From Candidatus Cloacimonadota bacterium (lineage in GTDB: Bacteria > Cloacimonadota > Cloacimonadia > G963667145): 64,000 nucleotides of DNA. Each line of letters opens with the position of its first letter. Position 1 is the first letter of the stretch. The position numbers and the translations under genes are program-made. Shown piece by piece: positions 29,531 to 40,649 of the stretch. Below the pieces are notes generated by a model. It saw nothing but the letters and a program-made list of their open reading frames with translations, was not told the origin of the DNA and did no database searches. Location of the stretch: the NCBI GenBank assembly GCA_963676615.1, contig OY781092.1, positions 96,001 to 160,000 on the forward strand, given 5' to 3'.

Positions 29531-30853
29531 ATGCGAAAGAAAACTTTCAAACATGGTGTTCATCCGCCAGATTTCAAGAGCCTTAGTAGCGAGTTTGCTA
29601 TCGAGGCTCTCGGTTTGCCCAAGCAGGCGGTTTTGTTTTTAAATCAGCATATCGGCAAGCCAGCCGTGCCAGTGGTTGCAGTGGGCGACAGTGTAAAAAC
29701 TGGGCAGCTGATCGCCAGGCAAGACGGCTTCATCTCGGCGAATGTGCACTCTTCTGTAACGGGCAAAGTGGAGGCTATCGGCGAGTTTATGGATTCGTGC
29801 GGAAAGCTGAGCCAAGCCATTTGCATCAAAGCTGACCCCGAAGAGCAGTGGGTCGATTTGGTCGATGATGAGGACTATTTGCAGTTGCCAAATCAAGAGA
29901 TTATCGATCGTGTGAAAGATGCGGGTGTCGTCGGAATGGGCGGCGCTGGTTTTCCGTGCTATGTAAAGCTGATGAGCAAAAACATCGACACTGTCATCCT
30001 CAACGGAGTGGAGTGCGAGCCGTATATCACTTCTGATTATCGTCTGATGCTGGAAAAAGGCGAAGAGATTATCGCTGGACTGAAGATTTTTATGAAAGTG
30101 CTGGGTGCGAAAAAAGGCATCATCGGCGTCGAAGATAATAAACCAAAAGCGATTAAAGCGTTGTATTCTCTAGTGGTTGGCAGCGAAGATATCAGCGTGC
30201 AACCGCTGGAACTGAAGTATCCGCAAGGCGCGGAGAAGCAGCTCATCAAGGCGTGCGTCTATCGCGAAGTTCCCAATAAGGGCGGTTTGCCATCCGATGT
30301 GGGTGTCGTTGTGCAAAATGTGGGAACGGCGGTCGCTGCGTATCAGGCTGTGAGATATCGTAAGCCCTTGATAGAACGGGTAGTTACCGTGACAGGCTCG
30401 GCAGTGCGAAGTCCGAAAAATTTTTATGCTCGTCTGGGTGTGAGTTTCGACTATCTTTTGGAAAGCGCCAAAGGGCTCATCGCGCCAGTTACCAAAGTCC
30501 TTTCGGGAGGACCGATGATGGGTTTTGCCGTGGCGAGCACAGAAGCTTGCACCAGCAAAGCGACTTCGGCGATAGTTTTTTTGCGAAAAACAGAAACTTG
30601 TAGCGACGAAGAGAGCGTTTGCATCGGTTGCGCCAGATGCGTAGATGTCTGCCCGCTTTCTCTATTGCCAGGCAGGATTGCCGACGCTGCCAAAAACGGA
30701 GCGTGGGACAAAGCCGCACAGAGCGGAGCGCTAGACTGTTTGCGCTGCGGGAGTTGCGCCTATGTTTGCCCTGCGCACAAAAAAATGGTGCAATGGATAG
30801 ATTTGGCGAAAAGCAAACTTGCCGAAAAAGCAGCCAAGGAGAGTGAAAAATGA
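29531..30853 (+). CDS. rnfC: Rnf complex subunit C
   Basis: GVVGMGGAGFP, NGVECEPY, YPQGAEKQL, GGPMMG, two CxxCxxCxxxCP motifs. Confidence 0.96.
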   Translation: MRKKTFKHGVHPPDFKSLSSEFAIEALGLPKQAVLFLNQHIGKPAVPVVAVGDSVKTGQLIARQDGFISANVHSSVTGKVEAIGEFMDSCGKLSQAICIKADPEEQWVDLVDDEDYLQLPNQEIIDRVKDAGVVGMGGAGFPCYVKLMSKNIDTVILNGVECEPYITSDYRLMLEKGEEIIAGLKIFMKVLGAKKGIIGVEDNKPKAIKALYSLVVGSEDISVQPLELKYPQGAEKQLIKACVYREVPNKGGLPSDVGVVVQNVGTAVAAYQAVRYRKPLIERVVTVTGSAVRSPKNFYARLGVSFDYLLESAKGLIAPVTKVLSGGPMMGFAVASTEACTSKATSAIVFLRKTETCSDEESVCIGCARCVDVCPLSLLPGRIADAAKNGAWDKAAQSGALDCLRCGSCAYVCPAHKKMVQWIDLAKSKLAEKAAKESEK

Positions 30854-31944
30854 AGCTTGTAGTTAGTGCCGCACCTCATATTCACGATAATTTATCGACC
30901 AAAAAAATAATGTGGAATGTCGCCTTGGCGCTGCTTCCAGCGTGGGGATTTTCGATTTATTATTTTGGAATTCAGGCGTTATTGCTGACGATTTACGGGA
31001 TGATTTCGGCGGTTGTCAGCGAATATTTAATTCAGAAATTTCGCAAAGTGCCCGTCACTGTTGACGACGGAAGCGCTTTTGTGACTGGAATGTTGGTCGC
31101 TTTTAACATCCCCGTGAGTTCTCCGTGGTGGATTCCCGTCGTGGGAAGCGTCTTTGCGATGGTTGTCGGCAAGCATGTTTTCGGCGGTTTGGGACACAAT
31201 ATCGTCAACCCAGCGTTGCTGGCTCGTGCATTTTTGATGGCTTCTTGGCCGACGACGATGACCAATTGGACAAAAACGACTTTGGGTTCAATCAGCGGAA
31301 TGGCAAGTGTTAGCGGCGATTTGACATCGGCAAAAGCGAAACTGCTGATTAGTAGCGCCACGCCTTTGGGAGTGGTTAAATATTTGCGCAACAAAACTTT
31401 TGTTGATGGTCTTGGCGTGACAGCCCAGCAGGGCAAAGAGGTCGCGGAAATGATGATTAGCAAAATCTCCAGCTTTGAGGTTATCGAAAATCTTTTTTGG
31501 GGCAACACTGGTGGCGTAATCGGCGAAACTTCGATAATCGCCCTTTTGTTTGGCGCTGGCTGGCTAGCCTACAAACACATCATCGAATGGAGAATCCCAA
31601 CTTTTTACATCTTGACCGTTTTCGTTCTCACCTATATTTTTGGCGGAATAGACGGAATTTTTTCGGTCTCGATTTTGTTCCCCGTTTTCCAAATTTTTGC
31701 TGGCGGACTGATTTTGGGCGCTTTTTTTATGGCAACGGATATGGTCACCTCGCCTTGCACAAAAACTGGACGAGTCATTTTTGGCATCGGCTGTGGTGTC
31801 ATCACGGCTCTCATACGCATAAAAGGCGGTTACCCAGAAGGAGTTTGCTACTCAATTTTGTTGATGAACCTGACTGTTCCGCTGCTGGATAGATGGACAA
31901 TTCCTAAATTTTTTGGCGAAAGCAAAAAACGGAGAGCGAAATGA
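30850..31944 (+). CDS. rnfD: Rnf complex subunit D
   Basis: FGGLGHNIVNPAL, SATPL (FMN site), GETS, FMATDMVTSP, YPEG. Confidence 0.96.
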   Translation: MKLVVSAAPHIHDNLSTKKIMWNVALALLPAWGFSIYYFGIQALLLTIYGMISAVVSEYLIQKFRKVPVTVDDGSAFVTGMLVAFNIPVSSPWWIPVVGSVFAMVVGKHVFGGLGHNIVNPALLARAFLMASWPTTMTNWTKTTLGSISGMASVSGDLTSAKAKLLISSATPLGVVKYLRNKTFVDGLGVTAQQGKEVAEMMISKISSFEVIENLFWGNTGGVIGETSIIALLFGAGWLAYKHIIEWRIPTFYILTVFVLTYIFGGIDGIFSVSILFPVFQIFAGGLILGAFFMATDMVTSPCTKTGRVIFGIGCGVITALIRIKGGYPEGVCYSILLMNLTVPLLDRWTIPKFFGESKKRRAK

Positions 31945-32489
31945 AATATTACCTAAAACTTTCGGGGATACTTCTGCTGATTTGCGTTGTGGCGAGCGGA
32001 ACTTTGGCGTTTGTGAATAAAAAGACCGCTCCGAAAATCGAAAAAATTGCCGTTGAAGAAAAAGAGGCGGCGATGCTTTTTGTGTTGCCCGAGACCAAAA
32101 AATTTAGCAAGCAATCTTTTGGCGATTTCACCTACTTTTTGGCGGAAGACGCAAGCGGCGCTGTAATCGGCTATGTGTTTGTTGCTTCGGGCTTTGGATA
32201 TTCCAGCTATATTAAAACGGTCGTCGGCTTGAAAAAAGATTTTACGGTGAACTGCATCAAGGTCATTCATCAGGCGGAAACGCCAGGACTTGGCGCAAGA
32301 TGCGTAGAAAGAAAGTGGCAAGACCAGTTTGACGGCAAAAAACTCTCGCAAATCGCAGTCAAAAAAGATGGCGGCGATATCGTGAGCATCACGGGCTCGA
32401 CCATCACTAGCCGAGCTGTGGCAAACTCCATCAGCGCTGGCATCAGACAGCTGGAGAGTGCGGTGGTGCAAAAAGGGGGCAAAAAATGA
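31941..32489 (+). CDS. rnfG: Rnf complex subunit G
   Basis: ETPGLG, ITGSTITS FMN-binding motif. Confidence 0.94.
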   Translation: MKYYLKLSGILLLICVVASGTLAFVNKKTAPKIEKIAVEEKEAAMLFVLPETKKFSKQSFGDFTYFLAEDASGAVIGYVFVASGFGYSSYIKTVVGLKKDFTVNCIKVIHQAETPGLGARCVERKWQDQFDGKKLSQIAVKKDGGDIVSITGSTITSRAVANSISAGIRQLESAVVQKGGKK

Positions 32490-33079
32490 CTTTTAAAGAA
32501 AATTTTTTGAAAGGCTTTGTCAAGGAGAACCCCGTTTTCATAATGGCTTTGGGGCTCTGTCCGACTCTTGCGGTCAGCTCCTCTCTCGAAAATTCTTTGG
32601 GAATGGGAATCGCCACGGCAACCGTGCTTTTGGGCTCGAACCCAATCATCTCGCTTATCAAAAATTGGATACCAGCCAAAATTCGCATCCCGTGCTACAT
32701 CGTGGTTATCGCTTCCTTTGTGTCGGTGATTGATATGCTGATGCACGCTTATCTGCCCGCTCTGAGCAAAAGCTTGGGGCTTTTTATCCCGCTGATTGTG
32801 GTTAACTGTCTGATTTTGGGACGCGCGGAAGCTTTCGCCTCCAAAAACGGCATCTTGGATAGTTTCGTCGATGCAATCTCGATGGGACTCGGCTTCACTT
32901 TTGCTTTGTCGGTATTGGGCTCTATCCGTGAAATTTTGGGCGCTGGCAAAATTTTGGGTTACCAAATTATGCCTGATTTTTATCAGCCGATGCTGGTTGC
33001 GATTTTGGCTCCGGGAGCGTTCATCACGCTTGGCTTCATTATGGGCTTCATCAAATTTGTGCAAAAAAAGGAGCAGTAG
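32486..33079 (+). CDS. rnfE: Rnf complex subunit E
   Basis: ENPVF..LGLCPTLAV, IPLIVVNCLILGRAE. Confidence 0.95.
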   Translation: MTFKENFLKGFVKENPVFIMALGLCPTLAVSSSLENSLGMGIATATVLLGSNPIISLIKNWIPAKIRIPCYIVVIASFVSVIDMLMHAYLPALSKSLGLFIPLIVVNCLILGRAEAFASKNGILDSFVDAISMGLGFTFALSVLGSIREILGAGKILGYQIMPDFYQPMLVAILAPGAFITLGFIMGFIKFVQKKEQ

Positions 33080-33082
33080 ATT

Positions 33083-33688
33083 ATGGATATAATGTATAAA
33101 TTCATTTTTATCGCGATTTCCGCAGTTTTCCTCAACAACTTCGTTTTAATGCGATTTTTGGGGCTTTGCCCGTATGTCGGCGTTTCGCGCAAGCTCGATT
33201 CTGCTCTAGGAATGGGCATGGCAGTAATTTTTGTGATGAGTATGTCCTCGTGCATCACCTACCTTATTTTGCACTATCTGCTTATGCCGTTGAATTTGCA
33301 ATATTTGCAAACGATAGCCTTCATTTTGACTATCGCCTCGCTCGTGCAATTTTTGGAGATGGGCATTGCTAAATTTGCGCCCGCTCTCTACAAAGCTTTG
33401 GGCGTTTATTTACCGCTGATTACCACCAACTGCGCTGTGCTTGGCGTGGCGATTTTGAATGTGCAATCTAAATGGCAAGACGGAGTTTCGTATAATTTCA
33501 TCGAAGTGGTTTTGCAGGGATTTTTCTCGGGAGTCGGATTTACGCTGGTGCTGGTTTTGATGGCTGGTATTCGCGAGAAACTCGAGACGGCGCCAGTGCC
33601 AGAGTCGCTCAAGGGAATGCCGATGGCGTTTATCATTGCGGGCTGTATGGCGCTAGCTTTTTTAGGTTTTTCTGGATTTAAAATCTAG
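33083..33688 (+). CDS. rnfA: Rnf complex subunit A
   Basis: NNFVLMRFLGLCP, LPLITTNCAVLG. Confidence 0.95.
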   Translation: MDIMYKFIFIAISAVFLNNFVLMRFLGLCPYVGVSRKLDSALGMGMAVIFVMSMSSCITYLILHYLLMPLNLQYLQTIAFILTIASLVQFLEMGIAKFAPALYKALGVYLPLITTNCAVLGVAILNVQSKWQDGVSYNFIEVVLQGFFSGVGFTLVLVLMAGIREKLETAPVPESLKGMPMAFIIAGCMALAFLGFSGFKI

Positions 33689-33707
33689 CATTTGTAGGGG
33701 AACGATT

Positions 33708-34691
33708 ATGGATTTTATTTTATACCCAATGGCTGTAGTTGGCGGATTGGGCGCTATTTATGGAATTATTTTGGCGTTTGCCTCGATAAAATTTAAGGTC
33801 GAAGTTGACCCGAAAATCGAGCAGGTGATGGCTGTAACCCCGAAAGTGAATTGCGGCGCATGCGGCTATCCTGGTTGTGCTGGCTACGCCGAGGCGATTG
33901 TGAAAAATGGCGAAGACATAACCAAATGCGCGCCAGGCGGAGCGGAAATGGTTCGACAGGTGTCGGAAATTATGGGCGTGAGCGTCGAAGCCAAAGAAAA
34001 AGAGGTCGCCGTTATTTTATGTGGCTCTGGCGGAACAGACCGCACCAATGCCTCTTTCGACTATCAGGGTGTTAACCATTGCAAAATAATGGACTCCGTT
34101 GGAATGGGCGTAAATAGTTGCGTTTACGGATGTTTAGGCGGAAACAGTTGCGTGGATGTTTGCGTTTTTGGAGCGATAGATTTGGACGAATTTGGCAACA
34201 AAACGGTAAACGCCGAAAAGTGCACAGGTTGTGGTGCTTGCGTGCGAGAATGTCCGCGCGATTTGATAATCTTGGCGCCGATCAGCAAACAAGTGCATAT
34301 CCGCTGCAGCAACAAAGAAAAGGGTGCGGCAGCAAAAGCAAATTGTGGCGCTGCGGCGTGTATCGGTTGCAAACTTTGCGAAAAAAAATGTCCTGTCGGC
34401 GCGATTTCGGTTGTCGATAATTTGGCGAGAATCGATTACGAAAAGTGCGTTTCGTGCGGATTGTGTGCTGGCGTTTGCCCAACGGGCGTTATTTTAGACC
34501 AAAAAGGTAGCCGCGGAAAAGCAAAAATCGGCGACGGTTGCATCGGTTGCACAAAGTGCGTCAAAATTTGTCCGACGGGCGCTATCTCTGGCAAATTAAA
34601 AGAAAAACACAAAGTCGATGTCGAGAAATGCATCGGTTGCGAGGCTTGTGTCGGCGAGTGTGTCAAAAATGCGATCGAGATTTTCGGCTAG
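33708..34691 (+). CDS. rnfB: Rnf complex subunit B (polyferredoxin type)
   Basis: NCGACGYPGC, CAPGG, multiple 4Fe-4S motifs. Confidence 0.95.
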   Translation: MDFILYPMAVVGGLGAIYGIILAFASIKFKVEVDPKIEQVMAVTPKVNCGACGYPGCAGYAEAIVKNGEDITKCAPGGAEMVRQVSEIMGVSVEAKEKEVAVILCGSGGTDRTNASFDYQGVNHCKIMDSVGMGVNSCVYGCLGGNSCVDVCVFGAIDLDEFGNKTVNAEKCTGCGACVRECPRDLIILAPISKQVHIRCSNKEKGAAAKANCGAAACIGCKLCEKKCPVGAISVVDNLARIDYEKCVSCGLCAGVCPTGVILDQKGSRGKAKIGDGCIGCTKCVKICPTGAISGKLKEKHKVDVEKCIGCEACVGECVKNAIEIFG

Positions 34692-34712
34692 CGATTGCGA
34701 AACGAAAAATTT

Positions 34713-34756
34713 GACCTTGAGGATGAGAGCAAAAATTCTTTGAGGTCTTTTTTTTT
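34713..34756 (+). terminator. Rho-independent terminator after the rnf operon
   Basis: GACCTTGAGGAT...ATTCTTTGAGGTC stem (with G-U pairs) followed by a T run. Confidence 0.65.
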
Positions 34757-34780
34757 GAGAATGTGAGGTTTGAGGAAGTT

Positions 34781-36640
34781 ATGAGTTTGAAAAAAGAGCT
34801 GGGTTTTTGGGATATTTTTTGCATTTCGTCGGGAGCGATGATTAGTTCTGGGTTGTTCATTTTGCCCGCCATAGCCTACTCTTTGTGCGGCAGGAGCGTC
34901 TTTGTCGCCTATTTTTTGGCTGGCGTTTTGGTGCTTCCGTCTTTGTTTTCAAAAGCCGAACTAGCTACAGCGATGCCCAAATCTGGCGGCGACTATTTCC
35001 ACATAGACAGGAGCCTGGGACCGATTGCGGGCACACTCTCGGGGATGGCTGCGTGGTTTTCGCTCAGCTTCAAAAGCGCCTTCGCCCTCTTGGGAATCGG
35101 GGCGTTCGTAAGGATTCTTATGCCCGATTTTCCGATGTGGCAGATCAAGCTGGTGGCGAGCATTTTTTGCGTAATTTTTATGCTCCTCAATATCTACGGG
35201 ACGAAGCACGCAGGCAATTTGCAGATTTTTTTGGTTCTTTTTTTGCTGGCGATTTTGTTCTATTTTGTGGCGGTCGGCTTGCCCCAAGTTGATTTCTCTT
35301 TTTATCTGAACGACAAAAATTTTTTGCCCGCTCACCGAGTTCTTTTGGGAACAGTCGGCACGATTTTCGTCTCTTATGGCGGTCTGACCAAAGTGGTGAG
35401 CGTCGCCGAAGAGACGAAAAATGTCTCTCGAAATTTGCCGCTGGGGATGATTTCCGCCTTTGTGGTGGTCACTCTGCTCTATGTTTTGGTCGTTTTTACG
35501 ACAGTGGGAATTTTGCAAAACGGTATAATCCAAAACGGACAGCCGACTTTGACGCCGATTTCCGACGCCGCTTCCGTTTTTATGGGACCAATCGGGGGCG
35601 TGCTTTTGGCGATTGCTGCGCTGCTTGCTTTCGTTTCCACAGGAAATGCTGGGATTATGGCAGCCTCCAGAACGCCGATGGCAATGGCGAAAGACAAGCT
35701 CCTGCCAGCGACTTTCGGCAAGCTATTTGGCAAAGGGCAAACGCCGCTAGTCTCCATCGTCTTCACCTCGCTGTTTATGATAGCGGTCATTTTGTTCCTC
35801 GACCTCAAAATGCTTATCAAAACCGCATCCACTCTCAAAATTTTGCTTTTTGCCACCTCCAATTTGGTGCTGATCGTGATGCGAGAGAGCAAAATGAGCA
35901 ACTACCGCCCGCAGTTTCGCTCGCCCTTGTATCCGTGGCTACAGGTTTTCGGACTCATCGCCTACGCGCTGTTGCTTTTTGAAATGGGCACAGCTCCGCT
36001 ACTCATTTCGGCAGGATTTATCGTCGTAAGTTTCTTGTGGTATTGGTTTTATGGCAGACGACATACCGACCGCGCCTATGTTTTGCAAAATATTATCGAG
36101 CGAATAATCGGGAAAAAACTTTGCCACAAAAGTTTTTCGGAAGAGTTGCGGGAGATACTTCTGCAGCGGGAGCAGATAATTACCGACTTTTTTGACGAAA
36201 CTGTGCTCAGGGCGAAAGTGCTGGACATTCCTGCTTCTGTCACGCAGCAGACGGCGCTGGAGATGATTAGCCAGACGCTTTGTGAGCGATTGGGCGGACA
36301 AAGCAGCTACTACCTGCAAAAATTGCAGGAGCGAGAAAAAATCGGCAGCACCCTCATCAACTCGTTTTTGGCAATCCCGCACATCGTTTTGGAGGGCGAA
36401 AATCTTTTTGAGCTGGTGATTGTTCGCTCTCGTCAGGGCATCGATTATGGTGATGCGCAGCACAAAGCTCACGCCGTTTTTGCGCTGGTCGGCTCGCCAG
36501 ATATGCGCACCAAGCACCTGAAAGCGCTGGCGGCTTTGGCGCAAATCGTGCAAAATCAGTCGTTTGCGCAGCGATGGATGAAAGCCCAATACGAGTCCGA
36601 GCTAAAAGATGTGTTGATTTTGGCATCTCGGAGGCGTTGA
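34781..36640 (+). CDS. APC-family amino acid permease fused to a PTS EIIA(Fru/Ntr)-like domain
   Basis: GAMISSGLF, AELATAMPKSGGDY, AEETKN; C-terminal EREKIGST...LAIPH...HLKALAALAQ. Confidence 0.88.
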   Translation: MSLKKELGFWDIFCISSGAMISSGLFILPAIAYSLCGRSVFVAYFLAGVLVLPSLFSKAELATAMPKSGGDYFHIDRSLGPIAGTLSGMAAWFSLSFKSAFALLGIGAFVRILMPDFPMWQIKLVASIFCVIFMLLNIYGTKHAGNLQIFLVLFLLAILFYFVAVGLPQVDFSFYLNDKNFLPAHRVLLGTVGTIFVSYGGLTKVVSVAEETKNVSRNLPLGMISAFVVVTLLYVLVVFTTVGILQNGIIQNGQPTLTPISDAASVFMGPIGGVLLAIAALLAFVSTGNAGIMAASRTPMAMAKDKLLPATFGKLFGKGQTPLVSIVFTSLFMIAVILFLDLKMLIKTASTLKILLFATSNLVLIVMRESKMSNYRPQFRSPLYPWLQVFGLIAYALLLFEMGTAPLLISAGFIVVSFLWYWFYGRRHTDRAYVLQNIIERIIGKKLCHKSFSEELREILLQREQIITDFFDETVLRAKVLDIPASVTQQTALEMISQTLCERLGGQSSYYLQKLQEREKIGSTLINSFLAIPHIVLEGENLFELVIVRSRQGIDYGDAQHKAHAVFALVGSPDMRTKHLKALAALAQIVQNQSFAQRWMKAQYESELKDVLILASRRR

Positions 36641-36641
36641 T

Positions 36642-39227
36642 TTGCTAAAAAATTTTTTTGCTCTTTTGCTATTTCCGACTTTTTTGAGCGCCGCTTTTTG
36701 GAATTGGGAGTATATTTCTAGCAAGCATTTTCAGGGCTATTATCGAAAAGGCGACAAAAATCAGGCGATAAAAGGGCTGTATTTTTTGGAAAAATACAAA
36801 AGCAAAATCGACTCGCTGACCGGATTTGAGCAGACGGGAGCTTTCAATTTGGGCTACCATTTTTTGGAAATTCCCAAAATTTTTTCGTCGGGAAAAATCG
36901 AGCAAAAAATCCCAGTCGTCTTTCAAAATATGGGTCAAGCCAACGGTTACGCCAATCCGACGAAGCCCAAAATCTCGCTTTTTTATAGCAAGGTTCGCGC
37001 CGACGGATTTGCCTGGAGCGACAACTGGTATCGGATGGTGGCTGTTCACGAATACACGCACATCGCCCAGATGACCGCGAAAAACGGCGATTTGCTGGCG
37101 GCATTTTTGGGAGATTGGGTCAGCCCGAATATCTATCAGCCGCTTTGGCTTCTGGAAGGTTACACCGTTTACAGCGAGTCACAAATTTCTGTCAGCGGCG
37201 GCAGGCTGAACAATGGGATTTTTTCGGCAATCGCCAGTTCGCAAAAATTTTTCGGCACAGCGCCCAACTTGCAGCAGCTCACATTTCACGACTATAGCCA
37301 ATTTCCGTCCAGCGCGCCCTATCTTTATGGCGGAATTTTGCTGGAATATCTGGCAAAAACCTACGGCGAACAAGCGCTAAGGCGATATGTGGAGGCGATT
37401 GACAATCAAGGCTTTTTTGCAATTTTCAACACCGTTTTCCCGAGATTTTTTATGGACAGAGCGGCGAAAAAAGTTTTTGGCGAAAATTTCCACACTTTAT
37501 ACGCCCGAGCTTTGGCTGATTTACCGGCGGCAAAAATTGATGCAAAGCGAGAGCTTGACGGAGTCTCTGCTGGCAGCGTCTTGGAATTTTTGGTCAGCCA
37601 AGACGCGTGCTATTACACGGTGGCAGAGTTCAACTTTTCTGGAGCGGCAGTCGCTCGGCTCTACCGCTGGGAAAATGGCGAGTCGGAGCTTATAACGAGT
37701 TTGCCCTATGCCGACGACTACGATTTTCAGTTGCAAGGGACGAAACTTTTTTACCGCAAAGCTGTCATCAAAAGGGGCTTTGCCAACATTGAGCAGCAAG
37801 GTTTTGGCGTTTGCCATCAGCTGTTTTTTTATGATTTGCAAGAAGGCGAGGAAGAGCGATTTTTGGCGGAAGCCGTGCAAAGTTTCGCCGTCAACCAAGA
37901 GGGCGGCGTTTATTTTACCAAAGCCAGCGCCAGTGGCTATGGCAGCGATTTATTTTACAAAAAAGCGGATGGAGAGCCAGAGCTGATTTTGCAACTGAAT
38001 AGAGCTGTGTCGCAATTGCGCTTGCACGATGAAGGCTTGATTTTGACCGCAAAGCCAGAGCTAGGCGCTTTGGGCATCTATTCTTGGCAAAAAGGCGATA
38101 AATTTCTGACGCCGCTGCTGAACTCCGCTTGGGTCGAGATTTCGCCGCAAATTGTGGACGGAAAGCTTTATTACACAGCCAATTACGGCAAAAAAGTTGG
38201 CGGATACTGCTACGATTTGGCGACGAAAAAGGCGGAAAAAATCACCGCAGCCGATTTTGTCAAAGGCGCTTATTTTTTTCAGGGCGAGCTTTACTATCTC
38301 GGTTTGGGCAAAGACGGTTATCGCTTGTGCAGAGCCGAGCCAACGCCGAAGCCAGTGAATTTGCCGCCGAATCAGACGGAACAAACGCCGAATTACCAGC
38401 TTTTGCAATACACGGAGCATGGCAACGCGGCTTTGCGGAATTTGGCGTCGATTTTGGTGCCCGACATCCGATTGTCGCCGCTTTTTCAGCAAGGAACGGA
38501 CATTTTGGGCTCGACTAACTACGCTTTGAGCTTTGGCGCGCGCACCTCGCTTGTTATGTCCACGACCATTTTCGAGCCTTTGCTGGTCAGCGTCCTTCTG
38601 GAATCGAGTCGCCATTGCCTTGCCACAGGCGCTTTCCCCGTTTACACCTCGCTAAATTTCGGGCTCGCCAATGTTTATCTGCTGGCAGGCTACGAATACA
38701 AAAGCGCATCGTGGAACAACTCGCTTGCCGACGACGAAGATGTTTTTGCGGGAGTGGAGTGTGTTTTTAATTTTCCCGACGACTATCTGAGCGTAAACTC
38801 CACCTACGACGACGAGGACGAAATCGACATTCAGGCGGAATTTGACCACTATTTCAAAAATGCGCAAGTCGGTTTTTTGGGCAAAGTTGAAAAAATTAAC
38901 GACGAAAAATTGCGCTGGCATCAAAAGAAAAAAAACGGTTTGATTTTTTACTCTCACAAAATTGTCGAAATAAACGACGGATTGTGGACGCCGAGCGTTT
39001 TTTGGCAAGACCTCGCTCTGAAAATTTTTGCCGATTACGACAAAGGCGAAAATTCAAAAAACAGTTTTGAGGTTGACACCAAATTTGGCGCTGGTTTTGT
39101 TCCCAAAATAAAGGCTTTGCAAGGTTTTTTGACTGCTGATTTGGAATTTGGCGTGCAGTGGCAAAAAGCCGCAGAGCACAAAGATTATCGTCCAGAATTT
39201 TACGCAAATCTGGTTTTGAGCTACTAA
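36642..39227 (+). CDS. Secreted/outer-membrane protein: HExxH peptidase-like domain, beta-propeller and probable barrel
   Basis: Signal peptide, VAVHEYTH...[12 protein letters not shown], repeated beta segments, terminal FYANLVLSY. Confidence 0.65.
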   Translation: MLKNFFALLLFPTFLSAAFWNWEYISSKHFQGYYRKGDKNQAIKGLYFLEKYKSKIDSLTGFEQTGAFNLGYHFLEIPKIFSSGKIEQKIPVVFQNMGQANGYANPTKPKISLFYSKVRADGFAWSDNWYRMVAVHEYTHIAQMTAKNGDLLAAFLGDWVSPNIYQPLWLLEGYTVYSESQISVSGGRLNNGIFSAIASSQKFFGTAPNLQQLTFHDYSQFPSSAPYLYGGILLEYLAKTYGEQALRRYVEAIDNQGFFAIFNTVFPRFFMDRAAKKVFGENFHTLYARALADLPAAKIDAKRELDGVSAGSVLEFLVSQDACYYTVAEFNFSGAAVARLYRWENGESELITSLPYADDYDFQLQGTKLFYRKAVIKRGFANIEQQGFGVCHQLFFYDLQEGEEERFLAEAVQSFAVNQEGGVYFTKASASGYGSDLFYKKADGEPELILQLNRAVSQLRLHDEGLILTAKPELGALGIYSWQKGDKFLTPLLNSAWVEISPQIVDGKLYYTANYGKKVGGYCYDLATKKAEKITAADFVKGAYFFQGELYYLGLGKDGYRLCRAEPTPKPVNLPPNQTEQTPNYQLLQYTEHGNAALRNLASILVPDIRLSPLFQQGTDILGSTNYALSFGARTSLVMSTTIFEPLLVSVLLESSRHCLATGAFPVYTSLNFGLANVYLLAGYEYKSASWNNSLADDEDVFAGVECVFNFPDDYLSVNSTYDDEDEIDIQAEFDHYFKNAQVGFLGKVEKINDEKLRWHQKKKNGLIFYSHKIVEINDGLWTPSVFWQDLALKIFADYDKGENSKNSFEVDTKFGAGFVPKIKALQGFLTADLEFGVQWQKAAEHKDYRPEFYANLVLSY

Positions 39228-39240
39228 AAAAGGGGGAAGC

Positions 39241-39657
39241 GTGAAAAGTTTTCGCAAAGAGCTGAAGTTCACGGTGCAGGGCAGACGCGGCTACATAAAC
39301 ATTACGCCCAAAGTCGAGCAGGCGCTGGCGGAGAGCGGCGTCAGAGATGGGCTGTGCCTTGTCAACGCGATGCACATCACGGCGAGTGTCTATATCAACG
39401 ACGACGAGCAGGGGCTTTTGCAAGATTATGACCGCTGGCTGGAAAAACTCGCTCCGCACGAACCTGTGGAAAGTTACGCCCACAACGGCTACGAAGACAA
39501 CGGCGACGCGCATTGTAAACGACAGATAATGGGCAGAGAGGTCGTTGTGGCGGTGACGGACGGCAAGCTCGATTTCGGACCTTGGGAGCAGATTTTTTAC
39601 GGCGAGTTCGACGGCAATCGCCCTAAACGAGTGTTAATCAAAATAATCGGAGAGTGA
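39241..39657 (+). CDS. YjbQ/UPF0047 family protein
   Basis: [31 protein letters not shown]. Confidence 0.92.
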   Translation: MKSFRKELKFTVQGRRGYINITPKVEQALAESGVRDGLCLVNAMHITASVYINDDEQGLLQDYDRWLEKLAPHEPVESYAHNGYEDNGDAHCKRQIMGREVVVAVTDGKLDFGPWEQIFYGEFDGNRPKRVLIKIIGE

Positions 39658-40649
39658 CGATTTTGCCGCAAAAAATTTTGCTCATTCGGTTTAGCTCGAT
39701 TGGGGACATCATCATAACTACCCCGATTATCAAGAGTTTGCGAGAAAAATTTCCGCACGCTCAAATCGACTATCTGACCAAAAAAAAGTTTGCTCCTCTT
39801 TTGGAGAATAATCCAGATTTGAGCAAAATTTGGGAATACGACAAACGGGAAACGAGCCTAAGTCAGCAAAAAAAAGCGCTGAAAGCGGAAAAATACGATT
39901 TAGTTATCGATTTGCATAACAGCTTGCGTTCTCGTATTTTACGGCTTTGGCTGGCAAAAAAAGTGCTGGTTTATGCCAAGCCGTATTTTCGGCGTTTACT
40001 TCTCACGAAATTTGGAATTAACTTTTTGCAGGACGCCAAGCCGATTTATCAGCGCTATTATCAAGCTTGTAAAGCGCTGAAATTGAAAGAGTATCGTAAC
40101 TATTTTGTCCACTATTTGCCGACCGATGCTCAAAAAATCGAAAATCTTGTTACGCGAGAAAATTTTGTGCTTGTGTCACTGTCGGCGGCGCATTTTACCA
40201 AAAAGTGGCAGCTGGAGAAATTTGCCGAGGTGATTGAGCGGTTGAGCGTCCCGCAAGTGATTGTGCTTGGCGGCAAGCAAGAGCAAAAAGAGGCGGAGCG
40301 CTTGAAAAATATTTGTGCTAGCCCAGAAAAAATTTTGAATTTGTGCGGTCAACTCGATCTTTTGCAGACGGCGGCTTTGTTTGCAAAATCGAAACTTCTC
40401 ATCTGTCACGACAGCGGGCTTTTGCATTTGGCGCAGTCGCAAAATTTAGCCTGTGTGGCAATTTTTGGTTGCACGAGCAAAGAGCTGGGATTTTTCCCGA
40501 TTAACGAAAATTGCGTTGTCGTGCAGGCGGATGTGAGCTGCCGACCATGCACAGCCAAAGGGCTTGCCGCTTGCCCTCGTGGGCATTTTCGCTGTATGCG
40601 CGAAATTTCGGTGGAGATGGTGCTTGAGCAGGCGGAGAGGTTGCTATGA
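39654..40649 (+). CDS. GT9 LPS heptosyltransferase
   Basis: [30 protein letters not shown]...CPRGHFRCM. Confidence 0.9.
   Translation: MTILPQKILLIRFSSIGDIIITTPIIKSLREKFPHAQIDYLTKKKFAPLLENNPDLSKIWEYDKRETSLSQQKKALKAEKYDLVIDLHNSLRSRILRLWLAKKVLVYAKPYFRRLLLTKFGINFLQDAKPIYQRYYQACKALKLKEYRNYFVHYLPTDAQKIENLVTRENFVLVSLSAAHFTKKWQLEKFAEVIERLSVPQVIVLGGKQEQKEAERLKNICASPEKILNLCGQLDLLQTAALFAKSKLLICHDSGLLHLAQSQNLACVAIFGCTSKELGFFPINENCVVVQADVSCRPCTAKGLAACPRGHFRCMREISVEMVLEQAERLL

Noticed and set aside
34710..34721. TTTGACCTTGAG shared with 25647-25658 as a possible regulator site
   Set aside because: At 34.7 kb it is the left arm of the rnf terminator hairpin; a two-copy match is plausibly chance.
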